NCBI GenBank assembly: GCA_951406725.2
Contig: OX597817.1
Location: 110,484,001 to 110,548,000 of the forward strand
Direction: 5' to 3'
Origin: Octopus vulgaris
Taxonomy: Eukaryota
Length of the DNA stretch: 64,000 bases
Position numbers and translations under genes: made by a program. The notes beneath the pieces were generated by a model. That model did no database searches and was not told where the DNA came from. It saw nothing but the letters and a program-made list of their open reading frames with translations. Below are positions 26,221-37,692 of this stretch, piece after piece. The first letter of the stretch is position 1. Each line of letters begins with the position of its first letter.

Positions 26221-26610
26221 GGCAGCAAGCTGGCAGAATCGTTAGCATGCAGAGCAAAATGCTTAGCGGTATTGCGTTCGTCTTTACGTTCTGAGTTCAA
26301 ATTCCGCCGAGGTCGACTTTGGCTTTTCATCCTTTCGGGGTCGATTAAATAAGTACCAGTTACGCACTGGTGTCGATATAATCGACTTAATCCGTTTGTC
26401 TGTCCTTGTTTGTCCTCTCTGTGTTTAGCCACTTGTGGGTAGTAAAGAGATATTTCGTCCGTGTATATATTTTTGAGTTCAAATGCTGCCGGGGTCGACT
26501 TTGCCTTTCATTCTTTCGGAGTCGATAAGTACCAGTTTAACACTGGAGTCGATGTAATCGACTAGTCCCCTCTGCCAAAATTTCAGGCCTTGTACCTATA
26601 GCAGAAAATA
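26221..26610 (+). mobile_element. SINE family B, dimeric form, CpG-intact
   Basis: Same architecture as 3965-4360; approximately 17-bp TSD ttatta(a/c)ctcaga(g/t)aaa. Confidence 0.9.
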
Positions 26611-27252
26611 TTATTACCTCAGATAAATTAGTATTTAGTATGATGTGGGTTTATCGTTGTATATATTTTGTGTAGTTTTCTCCTCGTTAGTTCTGTCACC
26701 TCTTTTAGTAGCCTTACAGACGAGACTTTGATGGAATACATGCATATATTTTTTAATGATTATATTTCAATTTTCATGTAAATAATGATATTTAGGAGTG
26801 ATATATTATCAGGATATACAACTCAGGATTTTCTATTGAAAAATTTATTTAAAAGAAACAAAATGAATAATAATGCAAAGAAGCTATAGTTGAGAATATA
26901 CAAGTTTTATAGTTTCCGATAACTTCACCGCCCACACCCCAGCAATTGTTCGTTTAGTAATGTAAAAATATCTTTCAGATATTTGAAAACTTGAACAGGT
27001 CCCTTCTATCAAAATTTACGGATTACTCAGCAATTATTGTTTTAGTGTATGTGTGCGTGCGTGTCTATCTATCTAAGCAAAACAAAAATGGAAAACATCT
27101 TTTTCGTAAAAAATCAGCTTCTAATAATTCAAAAGAAGTCTAGCTTTTGTGAAAGAAATTTGATATTTGCGCGAAAATAATTGTTTTAATGAAAATCCAG
27201 TTATCAGACGACAGGGGATTATAGTGCAGAGTTCAAAGGTCGTCTGTTAAAC

Positions 27253-29605
27253 CAGTGGTTCCCAACCATTTTTCAGCCCAGGAACCATTTTTTACTTGAA
27301 AAACTTTCAAGGGACCACTTCTACTTTTACTTTATGCTGTTCTATTTTCACACTAAGATACTTAATGAAAAGACAAAATAGTCTATTTACACTTTAAATT
27401 ATATTTTAGCAAACAAAAGATAAAATTTTAAATGTGTTTTAGTAAACAAATATAAACACAAGATATCAAAATCATTTTTCATAAAGTCGTTCATTTTTAG
27501 TTCATTCAGCTAATGACTAGCTTGATATTGGTGTTTCTGACACAAAATATGATAATCAATTTTAATGAGCTCATTTAGTCTTAGTCTGATAGTTCCTCTG
27601 CTGTTGACATCTAATTTATTTCTTTTTCTACTTAAATTATCTACAACAGCTGAAAATGCAGATTCCACCATCCATGTGGTAGAGAAAGAAATGATGCTTG
27701 CTTCTACATGTCGAAAAATATTTGGGTATGAGTCCTTTATCGATATGTAGGCAAAGACACCTTCTTTTGCAACTCTTCTTCTCAGTTTCATATTCTCTTT
27801 CAAATCTAACAACATTTCAGCCAACTCAAAATTTTCATCTCCTGGCTCATAATTTTCTAGGTCTATCTTTAATAAATCATTGTATCTTCCCTCAAAGTCT
27901 ACATGAAGACCTTCAGGAAGGGCAATGCATTCTGATGTAGGAACTGTGGTGTTAAAATTTTGAAATGATGCCAAAATTTACTTTTTAAACTGTTTTTTTT
28001 CCAAAATTTTAATTTCCCCATATACCCTTTTATCTTCTGAGAACAGGTGACCAAATCTGATTTTCTACCTTGCAGCTCTAAGTTAAGCAGATTCACTGTT
28101 TAAAAAATATCACTCAAGTAGAATATTTTTGATTTAAACTCAGAACGTCTTTCCAAAACAGCTTGCTTCTTGAAGTTGTAGTGAGTCATCTGACTCTTGA
28201 ACACGAGAAAGTTGATTAATGGTTCCCATAAATTCACTAGTCTTTCAAGGCTCAGGCCTATTAACAACCATCTTACTTCTGTGTGAAGCAATAGGGTTTT
28301 TAAATCTTCATCTTCACAGAATTGCATAAAAAAATCTATTATTCCCTGAGTTTGATTTGACAAAGTTAATTGTATAACTGGCAGTGTTGAGCACTTCTTC
28401 AATGTGTTCTCCAATATTCTTAGCAACCTGTCTGTGGATAATGCAATGTATATAAAAAATGTGAGGAGCAACTGATTTCATTCTAGAAACAAAGCCTTTC
28501 ACTTTTCCAGTCATGGCTGCAGCTCCATTTGAAGAAATGTTGATTAAATTAGTCGATGAAATATTTTTATCATTAAAATACTTCAATTAAAATACTTGAA
28601 TATGTCTTCTCCATTAGTAGTTTCAGACAAACTTTTAATGAATAACATTTCTTACCTTATATCATCTTCATGGGTGAATCTGACATAGACCAGAAGGATA
28701 GCTTGGTTATGAATTCTGCTATCATCAATCTTGATAGAAAAATTTGTCTTTTGGAGAACTTCCACAATCTTCTCCCCAACAAAATTAGATATTTCATCCT
28801 ATCTTCTTGTAATTGTGTTATTTGAAAGTGGAATTGTACTCAGAGTAGATGCAGCACCTTTTCCCAGAATCTCATTTGCACAAGCTATCATAGCAGGCTT
28901 GACAAGTTTCTCACCATAAATCTGAGGTGCTGCAACCTTGGCAATAATTTCAGAGACAAAATAACTTAGTTTGAATGTCTTTACTTTTTCAGTCGGGTAG
29001 TTTGATTGGCTGTATTTTTTTTTTTATTCTCAAAATATTCCCTACCTTTACCAACAGATGATGGATGCTTCAATTTCTGGTGCTGTTCTAGCTTAACTTC
29101 CTTCAAGGAATGATTTGTCATGATAGCATCACATTCAAGACACATAAGTTTTGAGTCTACAGATACAAAACCAAACATGCTAAAATCTTCTTTGTAGTTC
29201 CTCAGTTTTACCTTTTTAGCAGTTGGTTCAGACATTATTACAATTGATCTTAAAAAAAATAAAAATAATAAATACTTTATTTCTATAAATTAAAAGTATC
29301 AAATTTATTATTAAACAATATTGTGTAGGGATCTATTAATAATGTCAAATTTATTATGAAACTGTTGTGATTGTAAAATGTAAATTATGTAATTCTTGTT
29401 TGTAATATATTATTGATTATATATTATACATTATTGATTCTTATGGAATAATTATTGAATTTTGTTTTCTTATTATTATTCTGTCTTCATATAAATTATT
29501 ATTAACTAACAGTGTCTTCATTATCAAGCAATTTTATGTAGATCTAAAATGGCTTCTATTTGTTTATGGCTACGAATTCTCTGGGGACCTCGTTGGGAAT
29601 CACTG
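27253..29605 (-). mobile_element. Full-length hAT (Buster/Charlie-type) DNA transposon, 2353 bp
   Basis: TIR cagtggttcccaac / gttgggaatcactg; perfect 8-bp TSD TGTTAAAC at 27245-27252 and 29606-29613; internal transposase. Confidence 0.95.
27510..29235 (-). pseudogene. Frameshifted Buster-type hAT transposase (ZBED5/FAM200-like)
   Basis: BED-finger-like CLEC..H..H, then SSNGAAAMTG, HCIIHRQ, LLLHTEVRWL, LNLELQG and dimerisation-domain FSTTWMVESAFSA, spread over several frames. Confidence 0.9.
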
Positions 29606-29832
29606 TGTTAAACCACCATTCACAGCGAATGGCGCAACATTGAAACAGGTGTAATTTTTAAGGTAAGAACGAAATGTTGTTTTTCACATTTATCAGCAAA
29701 TACTATTACAAAAATTAACATACATATTTCCAACAGGATCATCCCAACACTTTCTTTTTTATATGGGCAGAATATATATTTTTTATCAAGTCGTAAGCAA
29801 TATTCAATTTATTTCAACAAACGATGCCTGCT

Positions 29833-29863
<31 letters not shown>

Positions 29864-31559
29864 GTCTCAAGCATTATCTGGCGGCGGTGAAATTAAACTT
29901 CATTAGTTTCAGAGCAAACATGGTAGATGTGGTGTTTATACCTTTCCGAAAGGCATTTATGAGATAAGTGGATGTAAAACTTCCTTACACGGATACAGAT
30001 ATCGATCAGCTTTTGTGAAGAAACGTGTAATTAAATATAAATTGAAAACGTCTACTTCGTGGTGGTGATGCTCAGTCAATGATATAACATTGATATTACT
30101 TTTAAAAATCATATAAAAAAAGAATCTAATACTTTATTTAACAAAAATATTATTAACTACATGAACACTTCCTAACATAAAGAAAAAGACATTTATTTTG
30201 TATCGTCACATTTTTATATATTTTATAACCCCACAATCACATTCTAACTTTCATAACAAGGATGACACTCATCTGGCAGTAAATTTCTAATTAGTGTTTC
30301 ATTGATAGGCTTGAGAAATGCATGTACGGGTTTTTACTTTTTGGAAAGTTTGAGTTTTTAAGTATTGATTTTATTTTTTTTAAACCACAAGGTCACACAA
30401 TTTGGAGAGAAGGAGTTTATCGATCCAACCAACTCGGAATTTAAGTGACATAACTTTTTTTTTTATCGTCTCGGAGGGATGAAAAGTGAACTCAAAGCAT
30501 AAACAACTAAATATATTTTTAAAATTATTTCTTCAAATTAATTTTTGCATGTTTTAATACCATTAAATTCTAAGTTTCAATTCGATAACTGCGAGAGCTC
30601 TGTGCCAGTGAGGGAGCCGTTACATGGTCACTTGGCCTGTTAAAAACAGGAGCCAAATCTCCTTCCGATCTCACTACTGTCTAAATGAAGGACATGTCGG
30701 ACAATGTAGTCCCCACGTCTTCCCACTAAACAAAAAACTGTAGGGTGACTGCTGAAATGTTTTTAATCAAAGGTGTGCTCTGTCTAGACTGCTTGGCAGA
30801 TCTGGCGTACTCCCAGGTGTCTGATGTGTATGTATGGGAGGGGGTGCGCAGATTGCTTCGGCTAAATGCAACAACTTGCGTAGCGACGAACTAATGAAGG
30901 AATCTAAGTACGATCATTAGAAGTAGCTGACGGTTCTTCCTCAAACAGTATGTTACTATCTAAATAAAGGACAAACTTTTTATGTAGATCCTGATACAGC
31001 CTTCCACACCAATAATAAAAGATATTTGGATAATGTAGACAGTGTGGGTACATTGTGCATAAAAAAAAAGTAGTTTGGATGATCATGACTAAGATACCCT
31101 TCGATTATAAACAGGCCTCAGTATCTCACGGATGTCACTCACATTTTATTCCTGCTTACTTGGATACATTGTGAATTAGTTTACATACGCCCGTTTAATA
31201 TATATACATTCAGCATTGAACAGGGGTCTCAGTAAAATGAATCAGAAAACAGCTTGACTAGCTTTGACTTCGTTCTATGAAGATTTTCTTACGTTAAAAA
31301 TTATGAATTATATAAAAAAAATCGTAAGACATTAGATTGATATGAACCTTTTGGGAGGAAGTTTTCTTATTGCTTTAGACACTTTCGCTGTTTACGACTT
31401 TTCAAACACACTTGTTGTGGAGTGTAGTGAGAATCTTCAACAATCACCTGAATGTTATGATTCGCTGGAATGTTGCTCACATGGTTAGCAAATTTGACAA
31501 ATCATGGCTTTTCCGGGAAAGAATATTACCACATGATCAACAAATCTCATTGTTATCAA

Positions 31560-32390
31560 CTTTATCATGAGGAAGGCAGAGTTTAGACGGGGTGAAGGGA
31601 GATTATGTGACTTGGATTACGTAAATAACATTGCAGTTGCTAGTTACACATTTGAAGGATTGCAACAACTAACCAGTGACTTCAACAACAATGCATTTAA
31701 GGTGGGCCTGTGCATAAGCTGTGAGAAGACAATAACCATTGATATGCTAATAAATCCTCCACTAACAGTTGAAAACAATAGTCTAAAACATTTTCAAATG
31801 TCTAGGAAGCACTATCTGCAATGATGGTAGCATGAAAATTGACATACAAGTCTCTATTGGATAAGCATCAAGTGTATTCAAATGACCTCACCCAGTGTAG
31901 TCCAATAATTTTATCACCAAATATGTGAAAATCCATTTCTACATGTTCATTGTAGTGCCTACTGCTATCTATGCATGCAAGACATGGAAAAGCACAGCTA
32001 GCATCATCAGCAAACTGGATGTCTTCCATAGGTGATGCATTTGTGTTATACTTGGAGTATCATGGAAGGTCTACATCACCAATGAGGAAGACATTGCAGT
32101 GATCAGGGCTAGACTACCTATCAGATATTGTCAAGAAACGAATGTTGCAACTCATCAGACATATAATACAGCAAGCAGAATATAGGCTTCCACACACTGC
32201 ATTGACATGGATACTGGCTGGGAGCATATGAGAGAGAGGAAGACTGCCCCAAAACTAGTGCAGTACTCTCCATGAGGACTTGCAGGAACTGTAATTGATC
32301 TAGACTGATACAAAAACAGCTGCAGCAGATGATGCTCAATGGAGACAACTTGTTGCCCAATAATCCATTAGGAACAAGAGGAACTAAGAT
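31560..32390 (+). pseudogene. 5'-truncated RTE-like LINE, RT C-terminal remnant
   Basis: LCDLDYVNNIA (YADD region), KVGLCISCEKT, FKCLGS, PTAIYACKTW, KLDVFHR..ILGVSW, ending near aggaactaag. Confidence 0.8.
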
Positions 32391-33436
32391 CAACAAATTT
32401 AGCCAATCTTGACTTCATGTGGAATAGGCTGCAGTGACTATATCAACTTTTGGCATGCGCCTTTCAGTTTATGAAATGACACACACACATGACATGACCT
32501 AGAGAGCTTTGGGAGGTAGGAGAAATTATACAGCAAACAGACAGGGGCAGTGGTTGAGCTGAGCTAATATCATTATAGCAGACTACCAGCAGAAACACAA
32601 TGACTAGCTGTAACTTTCCTAATACTATCTCAGTTACACCTATTTCAATAACATTCAATTTCTCTCAGCATTTATCATAATACTATTTCAATAACATCCA
32701 AACCCTCTGAACAAGAAATAAAGTTTGTTCATAAAAATCTTAACAAATTTCATCATTTTCAATGTACAACTGTTGACCTCCAATACTAAAAATAACAGCC
32801 AACTCCCAGCATCAGCAGTCAATTGGTATCAACAAATAAAAGCCATTGGGGTAATCTGTACAGAGGAAGTTGATTTTAGTAGTAGTGTTGACTGACGGAA
32901 ATGATTAATTATCAAAGGTGAAAAACCAAAAAAAAACTTTAAAAGCATTCTAAATTTGAAACTAAACTGGAAATAGTACCACTACTAAACACAATTTCTG
33001 TATATGCATTACTCCGTAACGTGTGTTTGAGAAGCTGTAAACAGTGAAAGTGATTATCACAATACAAAAACTTCCTTCCAAAAGTTCATATTGTTCTGTT
33101 TTTTTAAAGATTTTAAAAATATAATTAATAATTTTTAACTTCAGAAAATTTTCCTCAAATATTCTGACTGTATCAAGAATTCTTTACAAAAACTTTATAT
33201 ATAGTATTTACTCTGAAGAAGTTACAAAATGACTCAAAATCCCAAAGTTTTGTGTGTTTGCACTTACCAAATTTGTTTCATGCATTGAGAGAGAGAGGAA
33301 GCAGAATTTGAACTCTGAACATAAAGTTGGAATAAATGTTGTTGAACATAGTACCCAGTGTGCTAACAATGTTGCCAGCCATGAGGCAGCATTTATAAAA
33401 TAAAATAATAATGTGTGTGGATTGGATAATCTGTGA

Positions 33437-33890
33437 ATATATTCAGAAATGGACATCTATTAAACATACTTGCCTGGTAAATAGACATTGTAGGTAAGCC
33501 ACAAGATTAGCTTTGCAGGTGGAACCCAAGAACAGTTCGACTAGTTTCGAAAGATTACTGCTGTTCACAGTATCTGTGTATACAGAGAGAGGATGAATGT
33601 CTGCTTATCAGCCATACATATGTGAACTTCTTCATCTGCACATGCGTGCATGCGCGTACACACACACACTGTTCCAGTTGTTATTTAATAGTCAATAAAT
33701 ATACTGATACATAACACATTTATATGTAAATTCAGTGTCTGTTGCTCATAGCATTTTTTACATGTTACTCTAGGACTCGTGTAGACATTGTTGATAAGCT
33801 AGCAATAATGAAATGAAACTAGTCGACCTGTTCTTGAGTTCACTATGCAAGGAGATCTTTGTAGTTTAACTCCTAGGTTTATTTACTCAA
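33437..33890. mobile_element. Decayed Penelope-like/retrozyme inverted pair
   Basis: GAAACTAGTC on minus (33539-33548) and plus (33815-33824) with similar downstream sequence. Direct repeat tagacattgt at 33482 and 33782. Degenerate core CAGATGA on minus at 33632-33638. Confidence 0.5.
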
Positions 33891-35275
33891 CGATGCTAAA
33901 TGTATGTTTATCAGTCATCCATATGTGAATAAGTGGATGATTAGCCAATCACTGTCTCAGTATTTCAATTATAATATTTTCTGTTTATTTGTACTATCAA
34001 TGACTTTTTTTAATCTGGGGGAGTCAAAGTCAAGTAGTAACATATTTAATCAACTAATATCCCCCTTTAAGAATTTTAAGATGTCACTCTTGTTTTTGTC
34101 ATATTCATTTTGTCGGCTGTGGTGAGAGAGGGTTTCATCTCATCATCTCATAGCTGAATAAAACTCCAGGCCTATTATTAAAACATCTTGGTTAAATATG
34201 TTCACTCACTTTTTAGTTGTTTGGGTACAGGTCAGCTTTGATTAATAAAACCCATAAAGAAAGTTCAACCGTGATTATCCTATCTGTTTATCAAGGACTG
34301 CATTGCTCAGTAACTTTTTTAAAGATGTCAGAGTGTAACTTGAGACAGATTTTGGATGCTATTTCTAGCATGTCGTGTAACTTCATAGAGGTTCTCTCTT
34401 TGACTCTTTATTTAGTTTATGAATCATCATGCAGCAATTATCCTCTTTCTGCATTGTACCCTACATATCTATCTATCGTTTTATCCAATTTGTCCGCTTT
34501 CTTTTATTGTTTGCACTCTTTTATTCTAACTTTTCTTTCCACCACCCAGTATCTCTCTCCTCCTTACCTCCTCTCCTTGCATTCATTTTTCAAGATTTTT
34601 TTCAGTTATTTTGTATTACCAGTCTGTTCATGAGAAATTTCCCCACCCATATTTTTCATAGTTTCACTGTTTATTCAGACTTTCTGTCACCTGCCTAGTC
34701 TAACTAAACGTTCAACATATTAAACTTCTAATCAATTAGAGCCTCTTTCAGCATATCTCCCTTTCACAAAGTTTCCTGTTTTCTCTCTCTGTTATTCCTC
34801 TCTTTTAGTAAGCATCTTTCTCCCCCCCCCCCCGTCTTCTCTATTAGTAATACTCTGCCTTACTTCCTTTCTCTTTCAGTATCTCCTCTCATCTCCACCT
34901 GTCTCCCTTTTCTTCCTCTGTCTCAGTTTCCCAGGCTTCCTCTTTGACACACTTTCTCATCTTCCTTTACTTTCGACAGTCAATCAGTCCCTTCCTTAGT
35001 TGTCTTTTAGTAGCTTTTACTCTTCTCAAATCTTTGCCATGAATCTTCAATAGTCTACTTACTTCAATTTCTCTCTCTGGAACCACTTTGTTTTCCACTC
35101 ATTAAAACTTATTCCTCAATTACTTTCTATGTAATATTGGTACAGTTATTCTTTCTAGTTAAAAAAAAATATATCATTTTTTTTTATATCTAATGTGTTC
35201 AGCATTGCTTTTTATTTTACAATTTTTCTTTTAATGTTTTGAGAATTAAAAGAAAAGTTATTGCTCATCATAGAG

Positions 35276-35645
35276 CAGATGTTTTCAACCACTATGTCGC
35301 AACACTTTTGGGTGCCATGTATGGCCTGCAGGTGTGTCACAGATTTCTGGTGTGAGTTGGAAGATGCCAGAATATTTTGAAAACTTTGGCATTTTTAATG
35401 CACTATGTATAGTGCATTATTAGACTACATATAATTGTGCCTTTTTAATGCACTACTATACATATGCACATACTGCTGTGTGTGTATAAATTCCTTTGTG
35501 ATAAAATGCAATGCATGTATCCATCCTTTTTTTCAAACAATTCTAGTAATTTTTTTTCTGTAAAGAAAACTTTTAAAAATAGCTGACGATGCATTGTAAT
35601 ACTTTTGGTGCTTTATGTGATGAAAAAAAAAAGTTGAAAATTGAT
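35276..35645. mobile_element. Possible old hAT MITE
   Basis: cagatgttttcaac ... gttgaaaattgattg degenerate TIRs; TSD not clear. Confidence 0.35.
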
Positions 35646-37371
35646 TGTTGGATTAGGATAGAAAAAATACTGCTCATACAGAATGCATTTTCTACTGCCA
35701 CCTCAGACAGTAACTTATTTATTAATTGACATAAAACTAATTAAAGTTGTCACTCAGAATTGAAGATGACTTGATAGTATGTACCATGTGTTCACTAATT
35801 GTTTTAGGTGCCTGTGTAGTTGTGAGCAGACAATGGCACTTCCTTGGTTCTTTTGCTCTTGACTCAGTGGAATAGTGAGGATGGAGATAACTGGAAGAGA
35901 GAGTGAGCCACCAGCACTGCGATGGTACTCAATTCAGCTGAATGAACTGGAGCATTATGAAATAAAGTGCCTTGCTCAAGGACATGACGTGCTGCTTGAT
36001 TGAAATCATGATTGAAATCAGTGACCTTATGTTAGGTTGCACACCTTTGCAATTGACACTAATGTCCTTTTAAAAGACCACAAATGTGGAAACACACACA
36101 CATATTCAAAATGACATCATATAAACAAACAAACAAACAAAAAAAAACAGACTCCATTATAATTCATACATTTGTTTCTCAAACAATGAAGACTTGTTTC
36201 TAGAGCTTCCTTTATGATTGAACAACTTTTCTAAATCTAAAAATATCCCATCTGTAAAATTGTTTCTGGCCACTTGTTCTGACATGTCAGTTACTCTCTT
36301 AGTTATCATCTTATAACATTTAACATAGACTGTTACATGTCTTATCTGAATATACTGAAGTGCAAAACATTTTATATAACTTCTGCCTCACTTTTTTCCT
36401 GCGTTCAGTGTTTTATATTTATATATTTACTTTTACTGAAAGATAGAAGCAAAAAATTCTGTCATTGTTCATTTAGAATTATACCTTAATTCCTTCTTGC
36501 ATATTTTACATTCCATTCCAACTTCTTTTTGGAAAATCTTTTACGTATTCTTCCTTCTTGCCTGGAAACTTTAAGCTTTTATGCATGACATTAGATTTTA
36601 TTTAAAAGATAATCCCCATACTGCAATGGATAGAGAAGAATATGCAGACAGAATTCTATGACTCAGATGTCATTGACAAACAATAGATTTGTTGTGGTCA
36701 CATCCCTAGAGTCAGCATGACATGATACAATGATCTACCTAATGATTATACATGTATTTGCCGTATTTCATCATCAACATATTTCTGGAGTTATTTGGCT
36801 TCATGAAAACTGGGCGGAAAATTTAACTTTTGGTTATAATCAATAAAAACTTCCAACTCAACTTTTGTGAGTAATGTCAGATAACTCCACAAGTATTTCC
36901 TTTATTTTTCATTTTTTATGTAACTCTTGTATGCTCTTAATTATATTTCGTACATTTTCTTTTTTAAATTTCTCTATTATAAGATAGTTTTCCCTTCTCC
37001 AGATTGCCAATACGTGTTTGATGAGTTTAACTTATTCAACATGTTTAGTATTACTTTATGAATTGAACTGTGATATGAAAGCGTCATGCAGAAATTTTTT
37101 AGAATATATGTCTTTAAAAACTAAAATATATAAGAAATATAATTTACTCTTGTAAAATCAGATAAAAATGTTTTAATAAGTAAAACTTGCTTGCATGTGG
37201 CTCTACTTCACATATAAGTACTAATATCCTTCCAAAGTGAGTAACTTGTGGTTCTTTGTGAATTCCACAGGTATCTGAAACTTACTGTTGGATCCCTGTA
37301 AAAATACAGTATACACACATAGTTTTCTGTTGCTGATTCCACAAATGCATCTCTTTTCTGATTGAATATAG

Positions 37372-37692
37372 TTGTAGACCCATTCACTAGTTATCTGACT
37401 GGATATGAACGTATTAATACTCACACCAATCTATTACTCAAGCTTACAAAAGAATCTTTATACATTTGCACAACCTGCTAGAAATAGCAGTTAGCTCTCC
37501 TTCAAATGCACCTTTTTTTCTGTTTGGGTACAGCTGTACTCCAGCATCAATTGTACACCCATTCACTAGTTATCTGACTGGTCATGAACACATTAATAGT
37601 CACACCAAATGTATTACTCGAGCTAACAAAGGAACTTTTATACATTTGCTCAACTTGCTAGAAAAAGCAGTTAACTCTCCTTCAAATCACAC
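37372..37692 (+). repeat. Diverged tandem duplication, period about 179 bp
   Basis: cattcactagttatctgactgg at 37381 and 37560; each unit includes the start of a family C SINE. Confidence 0.8.

Larger units (their letters stand above)
26900..29670 (+). promoter_or_regulatory. Putative promoter/first non-coding exon, interrupted by the hAT
   Basis: Visibly higher CpG density around 26.2-27.25 kb and 29.6-31.5 kb. DR1-like AGTTCAAAGGTCG at 27230-27242, YY1-like AATGGCG at about 29628, donor-like AAG|GTAAGA at 29663. Confidence 0.35.

Noticed and set aside
33791-33824. TTGATAA...GAAACTAGTC as an intact U3-A8 hammerhead
   Set aside because: TTGATAA belongs to the direct repeat of the opposite arm, and stems I and II do not form.
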